Shown here one piece after another: positions 47,425 to 55,878 of a DNA stretch of 64,000 nucleotides (positions are counted from its first letter, which is position 1; every line of letters begins with the position of its first letter). A program made the position numbers and the translations under genes. The notes below the pieces were generated by a model. It was not told the DNA's origin. It was given only the letters and a program-made list of their open reading frames with translations, and made no database searches. This DNA is from Planctomycetota bacterium (GTDB taxonomy: Bacteria > Planctomycetota > Planctomycetia > Gemmatales > Gemmataceae). The stretch covers positions 21,665-85,664 of the forward strand of contig JACPZP010000125.1 of the NCBI GenBank assembly GCA_016195405.1. The letters run 5' to 3'.

Positions 47425-47893
47425 TGATCCACTCCCCTAGGTCAATTCCTTCACCTCGACCGAAAGAAGCTACCGACGCTTCGAGTTCATTCTTTTTCGG
47501 AAACGGCCATTTCTCCTCAAATCGCGCTTGGAGTTGTTGGAGCCGATCAGCGCGCTTGCGGAATTCCGACGCTTCGCTAAGAGCGTAGCCGCATTCCTCC
47601 GCGGAGGCAAGCATTTCACCGACCGCAACGGCCGCTTTCGAAGCCGCGTCAAAGGTACGCTTAAGGTCCCGTCCGCGCTCAAGCACGCGAACGATCTTGC
47701 CTGCGCGCAGGTCCTTCCAGGCGGCGTCTTGGACGCGTTCCATCCACTCCAACATGGAAAGCGTTTCGTTTACGATATCGCGCGCTCCCCGTTGCAATTT
47801 GTGCGGCTCCGAATTGTCATGGCGCGCTTCCCAAGCGCCAACGGCGTCTTCAACAGTTCGCACGCGCCCGCGAAGAATTGCTTCCTCAATCAT
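47384..47893 (-). CDS. Helical hypothetical protein, candidate atypical antitoxin for the downstream ParE-like gene
   Basis: 169 aa. Overlaps the downstream ORF by 41 bp. No recognised domain. Confidence 0.35.
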   Translation of the reverse strand: MIEEAILRGRVRTVEDAVGAWEARHDNSEPHKLQRGARDIVNETLSMLEWMERVQDAAWKDLRAGKIVRVLERGRDLKRTFDAASKAAVAVGEMLASAEECGYALSEASEFRKRADRLQQLQARFEEKWPFPKKNELEASVASFGRGEGIDLGEWISELQGKNPAERPI

Positions 47894-48271
47894 GGTAAGC
47901 TCCGCAATTCGTTGTCGCTTTCGCCGGTGCCGCCACTCGACACCCTAATTATAGTCTATAGACCATACGCCTTGGCCTAGCGTATGCCGCATTTGCTTTC
48001 AAGCAATCCGTTTGGGTCAACGGGTCAAGCGTGCATTCTCAGTATCGCGGCGTTTCGGAATTCTCGCGAATTCCGCTACGAGTAGCTCTTCCGGCGTAAT
48101 TGCCTGTGCGTCCTGATGTCATTATGTTCAGATCTTCCTTTTTTTCGCAAAGCTCCGCTTTCCAGAATAGAATAACCCACCAGTAGCCTAATCGCGCGCC
48201 TCACGGCGTGAGAGCGGGGGAACCAACTGGGGCGGCTTTGGCCGCCTCTGGGGCGTAGGTCCGCAGAAGTT

Positions 48272-48327
48272 GTAGGACGGATTTGCAATCCGTCACTTCG
48301 ACTGGACGGTTTGCAAAACCGTTCTAC
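48272..48327. repeat. Second pair of GGACGG...CCGTCC REP-like palindromes (GTAGGACGGATTTGCAATCCGTCAC and TGGACGGTTTGCAAAACCGTTCTAC)
   Basis: Same family as 848..915. Confidence 0.7.
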
Positions 48328-48456
48328 ATTGCGGATCGGGGTACTTTCAAGCCCTAGCCCGTCAGCTAACCCCGTCGGCAGGTCCGGGCGCGTTGCCTGG
48401 GCCGTAATTGAAAGGGCACCCCCGTCTTTCTCCGTCCCGACGAAGAGCCCCATCTC

Positions 48457-50760
48457 TTGCCAAGGTGCGACATGTTTGCGCTGCCGTCTCTCTTCGCCGA
48501 TGGCTTTCCGACCTGGACCGAATTAGCGCCCGTATTGTCCCAAGTCGTCGTTGGTCTGGCCCTGCTTACGGCGGTCGGCGTGATTGCCGCCTGGTTGACA
48601 CTGCGCCGCATACCGAACCAGCAAGTGGGCGTTGTCGAAAAACTTTGGTCGCGCGGCGGCTCCGTTCCTGAGGGGAGCATCATCGCCCTGAACGGCGAGG
48701 CCGGTTACCAGGCCGACCTTTTGCGCGGCGGCATCCACTTTGGACTTTGGCGCTGGCAGTACCGCGTTCACAAGGTCCCGCTGGTGACCATTCCGCAAGG
48801 CAAGATCGGCTACGTCTATGCCCGTGACGGCGAGCCGCTCTCGCCCAGTCAAACGCTGGGCCGCGTCGTCGATTGCAACAATTTTCAGGACGCCCGCAGA
48901 TTTTTGAGTGAAGCCGAAGCCGTGGTCGGCGGCGAAGCCGCGAGCGGTTCGGTGCGAGGACAGCGTGGCCGGCAGCGGGTGATTCTGCGCGAAGGCGTTT
49001 ACGCCATCAACCCTGCCCTGTTCGTGGTCATTACCGACGACGCCGTCTATTACCTCCCGCAACTTTTGGGGGCGCGCGAGGGCGAGGTCGTCGCCGGCTG
49101 GCAACAACAGCTCCGCGAAATCGAAGGCTTTAGGCCCCTCATCGTCGGCGCGGCGGTGGCGACCGTCGATCCACTGCGCCCGGAGACCGCCGGCAACGTC
49201 GACAGCATCGCCATCATCACCGTCCACGACGGGCCATCGTTGGCGCCCGGCGAGATCATCGCGCCGCCGGTCGGCACCACGCCCGGCGAGTCGAATTACC
49301 ATAGTAACTATCAAGATCCCGAAGCGTTCCTGCGCGCGGGCGGCCGCCGCGGCCGGCAGTACCTGCCGCTCACCGACGGCACCTATTTCCTCAACCGCTG
49401 GTTCGTCACCACCGAAATCATTCCCAAGACCGTCGTGCCGATCGGCTACGTCGGCGTCGTCGTCAGCTATTACGGCAGGCCGGGCCGCGACCTCTCCGGA
49501 GAGGCATTCCGCCACGGCGAGCGTGTCGCCGAGGGAGAACGCGGCGTCTGGGAGAGGCCGCTCGGTCCCGGCAAGTATCCGTTCAACACCTACGCCGGCA
49601 AGGTCATCCTCGTGCCCACGACTAACTTCGTGTTGCACTGGATCACGGGCAAGTTCGAAGCGCACCGCTATGATGAAAGCCTTCGCTCCATCGATCTCGT
49701 GACCAAGGACGCGTATGAGCCGATGCTGCCGCTTTCGGTGGTGGTGCACATCGACTACCAAAAGGCGCCCAGCGTCATTCAGCGGTTTGGCGACGTCAAG
49801 AAGCTGATCACGCAGACGCTCGATCCGCTCTTGAGCGCGTTCTTCCGCGACGTGGCCCACAAGAAGACCATGCTGGAGCTGCTCCACCAGCGCGACGCCA
49901 TCCAGCAAGAGGCGCGTGAGGAGTTGCGCCGCAAGTTTCTCAGTTTTGACATCGAGTGCGTCGACGTGCTCATCGGCAAGCCCGACACGGCCGAGGCCGG
50001 CGGCAAGATTGAAGTGCTGCTGGAACAGCTTCGATTACGGCAGCTTTCCATCGAGCAGTTGGAGACGTACGACCGGCAGCGGGCCGCGGCGGACAAGCTG
50101 AAGACATTGAACGACGCCCAGGCGCAAGCGGCCATGCAGACGCAGTTGACCAACACGCAAGTGCAAGTGCGGATCGCCGAAAGCCAAGCGGAAGCCGACC
50201 TGGCCCGCTCCCGCAAACAAGCCGACCAGACCATCGTCGTCGCAGAGGCGGAGCTGGCCCGGTCGCGCCGTCAGGCCCAACAATTCGTCGTCCTGGCTGA
50301 CGGCGAATTGGAAAAAGCGCGGCGTCAAGCCGAGCAGACCGTGGTCACGGCGCAGGCGCAAAGCCAAGAGCGCGTGCTGGCCGGCCGCGGCGAGGCGCAG
50401 CGCGTCCTGCAAGTCGGTTTGTCGGAGGCGTTGGTGCTCTTGCGCAAGATCGCCTCGTTCGGCGATCCACGGCTCTACGCGCTTTCCGGTGTCGTCGAGC
50501 ACCTGTCCCACAGCAGCCAACCGCTGGTTCCCGAACGCGTCTTCATGGCCGGCGGCGGCAACGACGGCGCCAGCGCGGCCGGCGGGGCCAGCGGCATGCT
50601 CGGAATGCTCATCAACCTGCTCGTCGCCGAGAAAGCTGGCTTTCACCCCGCTGACGGCAACGGCGAGACCGACGAACCGGCAGCTCTAAAGGAAATCGGC
50701 GAACGGTTGACGCGCGAGGCGATGGCGTCTCTGCAGAAAGAGCCGGCCGCAAACAAGTAG
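48457..50760 (+). CDS. Flotillin-like SPFH/Band-7 domain protein with long coiled-coil C-terminus
   Basis: 767 aa. N-terminal TM helix, SPFH core, then ~250 aa of ARRQAEQ / ELARSRRQAQQ heptad-like repeats. Confidence 0.8.
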   Translation: MPRCDMFALPSLFADGFPTWTELAPVLSQVVVGLALLTAVGVIAAWLTLRRIPNQQVGVVEKLWSRGGSVPEGSIIALNGEAGYQADLLRGGIHFGLWRWQYRVHKVPLVTIPQGKIGYVYARDGEPLSPSQTLGRVVDCNNFQDARRFLSEAEAVVGGEAASGSVRGQRGRQRVILREGVYAINPALFVVITDDAVYYLPQLLGAREGEVVAGWQQQLREIEGFRPLIVGAAVATVDPLRPETAGNVDSIAIITVHDGPSLAPGEIIAPPVGTTPGESNYHSNYQDPEAFLRAGGRRGRQYLPLTDGTYFLNRWFVTTEIIPKTVVPIGYVGVVVSYYGRPGRDLSGEAFRHGERVAEGERGVWERPLGPGKYPFNTYAGKVILVPTTNFVLHWITGKFEAHRYDESLRSIDLVTKDAYEPMLPLSVVVHIDYQKAPSVIQRFGDVKKLITQTLDPLLSAFFRDVAHKKTMLELLHQRDAIQQEAREELRRKFLSFDIECVDVLIGKPDTAEAGGKIEVLLEQLRLRQLSIEQLETYDRQRAAADKLKTLNDAQAQAAMQTQLTNTQVQVRIAESQAEADLARSRKQADQTIVVAEAELARSRRQAQQFVVLADGELEKARRQAEQTVVTAQAQSQERVLAGRGEAQRVLQVGLSEALVLLRKIASFGDPRLYALSGVVEHLSHSSQPLVPERVFMAGGGNDGASAAGGASGMLGMLINLLVAEKAGFHPADGNGETDEPAALKEIGERLTREAMASLQKEPAANK

Positions 50761-50809
50761 ATGCCGCGAGCCGAGCGGCATCGGTCCGGCTCGGCTCGCC
50801 GGACCTACT

Positions 50810-51658
50810 TTGGAGGTTGCAATGGTTACTACATTGGATGAAAGCCAAGACGTCATGCAGGTCTGTCGCAATGGCCACGTCATCACGGACCGTCTGCGCG
50901 GCGATCCCGACAGCGGGCGATCTCACTGCGACCGCTGCGGCGCTGTGACGTTCTACCACTGCCCGACATGCGGCGGCGAGTTCCCCGGCGCGCTGGATGT
51001 GACCGGCTTGGCTCCCATAGGCGGCAGACCGGCGCCGCACTACTGCTTAATGTGCGGCGCCGCGTTGCCTTGGGTGCGAAGGGCCCGACCTGCACCCGAG
51101 CCGGTCGCTGCACTCGAAGGCCTCCTGCGCCGGCTGCCGCTTGCTATCCGCCAACTTCGCTGGCGCCAGGGAGACCGGCCCCCCTACCGCGTGGAGGACG
51201 AGCGCGACCTCGAAGATCTGCTCCGAGCCTTGCTGACATTGCCCTTCGATGATGTACGCCTTGAAGGCCGCACACCCGCGTATAGTCCACGAAATCGAAC
51301 CGACTTGCTGTTGTCCAGAGGAAAGATCGCGCTCACCGTGAAGTTCGCGCGGCCCGACCTGCGCGAGCCGCAACTGGCGGAGCAACTAATGCAAGACGCC
51401 CTGTACTACCGCGAGCGCGGCGGCTGCCGGACGCTCGTGGGCTACGTCTACGATCCGGAAGGAACCCTTCGTGACATCCGCCGGGCCGAGAGCATCGGCG
51501 CCGGATGGGCGGAGGGACTGGAGGTGCGCTGCATCGTGAGCGGATTAGTGGATGCCGAAGGTGGGAATTTCACGACTCCGCTTGAGATCGGAACTTTCTT
51601 GCCTCAGGTTGAGCCGATTAGGCCGTTTGCTAACGGCGGTGCAGGCTCGCTTCGATGA
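50810..51658 (+). CDS. Hypothetical protein with an N-terminal 4x Cys-pair zinc ribbon and a C-terminal restriction-endonuclease-like region
   Basis: 282 aa. CRNGH...CDRC...CPTC...CLMC, then YRVEDERDLEDLL...RTDLLL...IALTVKF (E / D / xK-like spacing). Confidence 0.45.
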   Translation: MEVAMVTTLDESQDVMQVCRNGHVITDRLRGDPDSGRSHCDRCGAVTFYHCPTCGGEFPGALDVTGLAPIGGRPAPHYCLMCGAALPWVRRARPAPEPVAALEGLLRRLPLAIRQLRWRQGDRPPYRVEDERDLEDLLRALLTLPFDDVRLEGRTPAYSPRNRTDLLLSRGKIALTVKFARPDLREPQLAEQLMQDALYYRERGGCRTLVGYVYDPEGTLRDIRRAESIGAGWAEGLEVRCIVSGLVDAEGGNFTTPLEIGTFLPQVEPIRPFANGGAGSLR

Positions 51659-51892
51659 CTTCGACTGCCGATTTGGCAACAAAAACATCAAGCAGGCGGT
51701 TTATTGACGGCCAGCCTGCGAGCGGGCGAAGTCGCGGCCGGCGACGAGGTTTGTCGCGATCGAGTACGTATCGGGTTTGAAACGTTGGCGGCGCGGATTT
51801 CAATTGTTATTCGGCGCCGGCTACCGGGAACAGGGGAATGTGGATAAAATGACCATTTGTGCTTGTGTGTCAGGCGACATTTGGGGAAGGCG

Positions 51893-52147
51893 ACGATGAT
51901 TTCCAGCCATACGAGTTCTGTCGCTGAACGTGCGAAAGCGATCTACAGCCGACGGCTTCAAGCTGAATTGGAAGCGACGCATCCCGACGACTATGTGGCA
52001 ATTGAGCCGGAGTCGGACGAGCACTTTCTCGCCAATTCCTTCGCAGCAGCGGTTGCAGCCGCGCGTGCCGCTCATCCCGACTGCATCTCCTTCGTGATCC
52101 GCATCGGCCACCCAGCCGCGATCCATTTGGGAGGGTTGACCATTTGA
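51893..52147 (+). CDS. Hypothetical small protein (start taken at MISSHTS)
   Basis: ~84 aa. YVAIEPESDEHFLANSF...FVIRIG pattern, reminiscent of small TA-associated families (unverified). Confidence 0.3.
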   Translation, partial: TMISSHTSSVAERAKAIYSRRLQAELEATHPDDYVAIEPESDEHFLANSFAAAVAAARAAHPDCISFVIRIGHPAAIHLGGLTI

Positions 52148-52387
52148 ACGGTCGCGTCCGACATCGACTTTGCGCTAGGCGTTGCCGGTGGGGCGCACCT
52201 CGCGGAAGTCGTCGCTGACTGGACGGCTCGGATTTACCGCGAGTCGAGCGCCGTCCACCACGACACCCTGCAGGTCGACTCGAACGCCTGGCCGGGTCTC
52301 TGAAGGAACTGGCAGGATAGGGGTACAGCGGAATGACCAAAAACAAGCTGCTTCAGCTGCTGGGATGACCGTCCTCCTGCTCCTCCC

Positions 52388-52702
52388 ATGGGTAATTGGC
52401 CGGCATTGAGCGCATTTATCCTTGGAGAAGTTGGCCGATTTAACACGCCCAATGCGGCCAACGTTGCCAATATGATCAATCGTTGTCTTGGACTTGCTGA
52501 TGTAAGAATCTCATGGGGATGGAAGAACTGCACAGCGGCCCAAGCGGAGACTCTGCTTAACGAAGCGCTCGACCATCGTCATGAAATCGCCCACGGAGTC
52601 AATCCGCGTCCTGTCATCACAACGCGTACTCAAGATGGCTTCCTGGCTTCATACGGAGGCTTGCGATTTGCACCGATCAGTCCGTTCGTCAGCATTTGGT
52701 AG
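52388..52702 (+). CDS. Hypothetical small protein with an Rx4HG (HEPN-like) motif
   Basis: 104 aa. DHRHEIAHG fits Rx4-6H. Weak assignment. Confidence 0.25.
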   Translation: MGNWPALSAFILGEVGRFNTPNAANVANMINRCLGLADVRISWGWKNCTAAQAETLLNEALDHRHEIAHGVNPRPVITTRTQDGFLASYGGLRFAPISPFVSIW

Positions 52703-53052
52703 CGGTCAACGGGTTGCCAAATCCCTGGCCACCCTGACTGGCGGCGCTCGCCGAAGGGTCGGTGCGCTCGCTCGACGCCGGCGAACTCCAGCAAGCCTTC
52801 GGCGTGGTGATGCACGCGCTGATCGCAGAGTCGGTCGTGCCGACGTCGCTCAGGTAGAGGAGGCTGTAGCCGGAGAAGACTTTCGCCTGGTTGGTAACCT
52901 GGTAGCCCACAGGTTGACCGTGACCTCCGGGAGGACGGCAAAGCCCAAGTGGCCGGCAGTCGCTCGTTTGTGAGCATCCTTTTTGGGATAAAACACCTCT
53001 AAGTCCGGCAATCCACGGGTTCCGCCGGCGAAATACTCGGAAGGAGAAGACA

Positions 53053-53199
53053 ATGACGAACATGCGACCGACCTTGAATTTTCCCACGCCGAAGCCAACC
53101 TGGATGCCGCGGCGTGCCAGGCCCATCAGTACGCTCCTGGACTTGCTAATCGCCATTGGAGCGGTTGCGGTCATGGGGGCCGTGCTGTTCTTGCTCTGA
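53053..53199 (+). CDS. Candidate 48-aa tail-anchored membrane peptide (not in the supplied ORF track, below its length cutoff)
   Basis: Strong SD (AAGGAG) 6 nt before the ATG at 53053. MTNMRPTLNFPTPKPTWMPRRARPISTLLDLLIAIGAVAVMGAVLFLL, basic N-part plus one C-terminal TM helix. ~75 nt from the tRNA 3' end. Confidence 0.3.
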   Translation: MTNMRPTLNFPTPKPTWMPRRARPISTLLDLLIAIGAVAVMGAVLFLL

Positions 53200-53273
53200 T
53201 AATTCGGGCTTGACCGCGCCGCCTATTGGATGTGACGCCAGCCGAGTCCATTGCTGGTATGCAGGTGTTGAAA

Positions 53274-53345
53274 AGCCGCCTCAGGGATTTGAACCCTGGA
53301 CCCCCGCTTTACGAAAGCGGTGCTCTACCGCTGAGCTAAGGCGGC
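53274..53345 (-). tRNA. tRNA-Thr (anticodon CGU)
   Basis: Reverse complement reads GCCGCCTTAGCTCAGCGGTAGAGCACCGCTTTCGTAAAGCGGGGGTCCAGGGTTCAAATCCCTGAGGCGGCT: 7-bp acceptor stem, D-loop AGCTCAGCGGTAGAGC, anticodon loop TTCGTAA, T-arm GGTTCAAATCC. Confidence 0.85.
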
Positions 53346-53398
53346 GCATCGGCGCTGACCGAATTTTATTGCGGCCCGCCGTAGCTGTCAATTCGGGC
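53306..53398. repeat. Direct repeat copy 1 (tRNA-Thr 5' half plus ~55 bp of upstream flank), left boundary of islet
   Basis: 93 bp matching 55696..55788 with 4 mismatches. Confidence 0.85.
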
Positions 53399-53583
53399 TC
53401 GAACGAGATCAGAAACGGTTGGAACCTCGCGGGAGAAAGGGAGGACGGCGCACGTATAGTCCTTCGGCGCCGGTTCCTAAACGAACGGGAAGAGGGCAAA
53501 GACAAGAGGGATGCAAGGGAACATACCGGGATTGTGACCGAGCAAGGTGCCGCGGGCAACAATAAACGCCGCGGTCATTTATA

Positions 53584-54534
53584 ATGAAAGGATCGCGGGC
53601 AATTTCCCCATTCCGGGAGACTAACCCAATGATCACAACGCCCACCGTATTCATCTTGGGCGCCGGCGCGAGCATTCCCTATGAGTTTCCGTCCGGACAG
53701 GCACTTGCGGATTCCATCTGTGAACCCGGAGAGAATGTAGGTTGGTTGGTGGCTTATGGATTCGAAGAGAGCCACGCCAAGAGATTCGTCAAGGAGCTGA
53801 GACGCGCGCAAAGCGAATCAATTGATTCTTTTCTGGAAGACCGGCCAGAGTTCAAAGAAATTGGCAAAACTGCCATCGCCATAAGGCTAATTAAGTATGA
53901 AAACCAGGAACAGTTTTTCATCGTCAACAAGCGGAATTGGTACACCCTTTTGCTCAAACGGATGTATAGTTCCCTCGACGAGTTCCCCAACAACACAGTA
54001 AGTATCGTTACGTTCAACTACGATCGGTCACTTGAGCACTTCATCTTCGAGGCTCTGTGCGCTCGATCCGGGAAGCCACCTAGTGAAGTCGCCGCTGCAT
54101 TGCAGAAGATACCGTTCATTCATGTTCACGGACAGATGGGATTCTTGCCCTGGCAAACTTCAAGCGACAATGACAAAAGGCCATACGCAACTACCGAATC
54201 GGAAGTCGCAGTGCGAACGGCCGCAAAAGGCATCAAGATTGTTTCCGAAGGAAATGAAGAAAGCGAAGAGTTCGTCGCCGCGCGAAGGTCCATCAACGAC
54301 GCTCGACGCCTTCACTTTCTTGGCTTTGTGTATCATGAAACCAATATGCGCCGCTTGGGTGCTTCGTTCGAGCTGTTCGACAAAAAAGAAGTCTCAGGAA
54401 CTTGTTTCGGGATGACCGACGCCGAGCAAGATCTTGTGCTACGGCGCGTTAACTACAGTCTGAAACATTTCGGGCCAGCGAACCAAGGCAATCATGAGTT
54501 TCTGCGCAACTCAAAGCTGTTCCTCAGTGACTAA
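53584..54534 (+). CDS. SIR2-like (SIR2_2 / sirtuin-fold, putative NAD+-consuming) protein (alternative start MITTPTVF at 53629 after GGGAGA)
   Basis: 316 aa. FILGAGASIPYEFPSGQ (compare sirtuin GAGIStesGIPdFRS), TFNYDRSLEH (SIR2_2 TTNYD motif) and HVHGQ (catalytic His) in the correct order with ~36-aa N-to-H spacing. Visibly AT-richer than its surroundings. Confidence 0.65.
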   Translation: MKGSRAISPFRETNPMITTPTVFILGAGASIPYEFPSGQALADSICEPGENVGWLVAYGFEESHAKRFVKELRRAQSESIDSFLEDRPEFKEIGKTAIAIRLIKYENQEQFFIVNKRNWYTLLLKRMYSSLDEFPNNTVSIVTFNYDRSLEHFIFEALCARSGKPPSEVAAALQKIPFIHVHGQMGFLPWQTSSDNDKRPYATTESEVAVRTAAKGIKIVSEGNEESEEFVAARRSINDARRLHFLGFVYHETNMRRLGASFELFDKKEVSGTCFGMTDAEQDLVLRRVNYSLKHFGPANQGNHEFLRNSKLFLSD

Positions 54535-54708
54535 ACCTAAACTCACTTCACCGGCCGGCCACGCCACGCTTGGCCTTGTTTTTGAGCCGCGGCTTTTGTT
54601 GAAATGTGGTGCAGCCCACGCCGAGGGCATCGGCCAGCGCGATGGGCGACCGGAGGGTGATTCAAGGAATAATGGGCAGAATTTGCAAGCTTCCGACTGG
54701 CCACATGC

Positions 54709-55512
54709 TCATCGAGCTTCCGCCAGCCCGGCTCTTCTTGCAGCGGCCGGAAGGCCAGCGCGTGCGCTCGGTCCAATTCTGGGATCATTGGCAAGATCGA
54801 TCGCTAGGTTGTGAAGATCTGGAAAAAGAGACGCACGACGAATGCCCAATATCCGAAGCTCTTCTGAAAATGTTGCCCTCGCTTGCTCTGGAATCACAAG
54901 CTTCACCAAGTATTTGTCCGCGTTCCCACGATCCTCCAAGGGTGTGTTGTCTCCGTGAATTGTGTATGCACCTTGTTGCACCGTCATTCGAATATCCGAT
55001 TCCTCTCCCAAAGCTGCAAGTGCCGTGTCTGTCCTTGGGCCTCGATCAAACGCAGCTTTCACGAGTGGGTCCGCTTGCGGTCCACTCATGACAGCAATTC
55101 CGTCGAAGTGATCTTTATTTAGGTTAACAGGTGAGAGAACCCAAATAGCCGCAGGGCCTGGTTTGGGATCGAACGAAGCCGCAAAGTAAAGGGCGGCTTG
55201 AAGTGACGCAGTCCAATCCAACAAGCGAGTCGGCAGGCCGTAATGCTGCATGAGGCATAACCAGCCCCCAAGGTCGTCTTGAGCCGGCAATCGCCCATGC
55301 CTCATCGGAGCTTCCAGCTTAAAACGGTGGACAAGAAACGTTTCATCCATCGCATCAAACTTGCGATGCACGGACGGCACAAGTGTCCAACTATCACACG
55401 AATGGCCTCTGTACCACTCAGTCGTCAAGCCGACATTCGGGCAGACTTTTCGAATACCGCTTAAGAGCGATGCTGTATCGACAACTTCAATTTGGTTAAT
55501 TTGTCTGTTCAA
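54709..55512 (-). CDS. FRG-domain protein
   Basis: 267 aa. WYRGHSCDSWTLVPSVHRK matches the F/Y-R-G...W.L.PS..R signature that names the FRG domain. TTG start 7 nt after GAGGTGG. Convergent with the SIR2-like gene. Confidence 0.55.
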   Translation of the reverse strand: MNRQINQIEVVDTASLLSGIRKVCPNVGLTTEWYRGHSCDSWTLVPSVHRKFDAMDETFLVHRFKLEAPMRHGRLPAQDDLGGWLCLMQHYGLPTRLLDWTASLQAALYFAASFDPKPGPAAIWVLSPVNLNKDHFDGIAVMSGPQADPLVKAAFDRGPRTDTALAALGEESDIRMTVQQGAYTIHGDNTPLEDRGNADKYLVKLVIPEQARATFSEELRILGIRRASLFPDLHNLAIDLANDPRIGPSARAGLPAAARRAGLAEAR

Positions 55513-55695
55513 AGTGCCACCTCTACGGATAATTCGAAAACGGAGTGAAGAAATTTCGACCGGGTGTCATGACACCCGCAAGCAAGGTTTTTCACTGGTT
55601 TTTGCGGTCTTCGAAGGGCAATGCAAAAGTGGCGTTTTCCCAGCAAATAATCAGCTTTCCGCGTGTGTTACAGGACCGGCGTGATCGGCCTTATT

Positions 55696-55788
55696 GCTTT
55701 ACGAAAGCGGTGCTCTACCGCTGAGCTAAGGCGGCGCGTCCGCGCTGACCGAATTTTATTGCGACCCGCCGTAGCTGTCAATTCGGGG
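55696..55788. repeat. Direct repeat copy 2 (partial tRNA-Thr 5' half, nt 1-40 of the tRNA, plus upstream flank), right boundary of islet
   Basis: Identity with 53306..53398 starts exactly within the anticodon stem (GCTTTACGAAAGCGG...). 4 mismatches over 93 bp. Confidence 0.85.
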
Positions 55789-55878
55789 TCGTCTCCAGTG
55801 GATGGAGCGGATTGAAAAGAATGAGGCTGGCCGTTGAGGGGAAAACGGCCAGCCTCGTGGGTTCCTTGCGGAACGTCG

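Noticed and set aside
53400-55690. Integrase or recombinase inside the tRNA-flanked islet
   Set aside because: I looked for Tyr or Ser recombinase motifs in all six frames of the islet and flanks. Neither of the two ORFs nor the small flanking ORFs resembles one.
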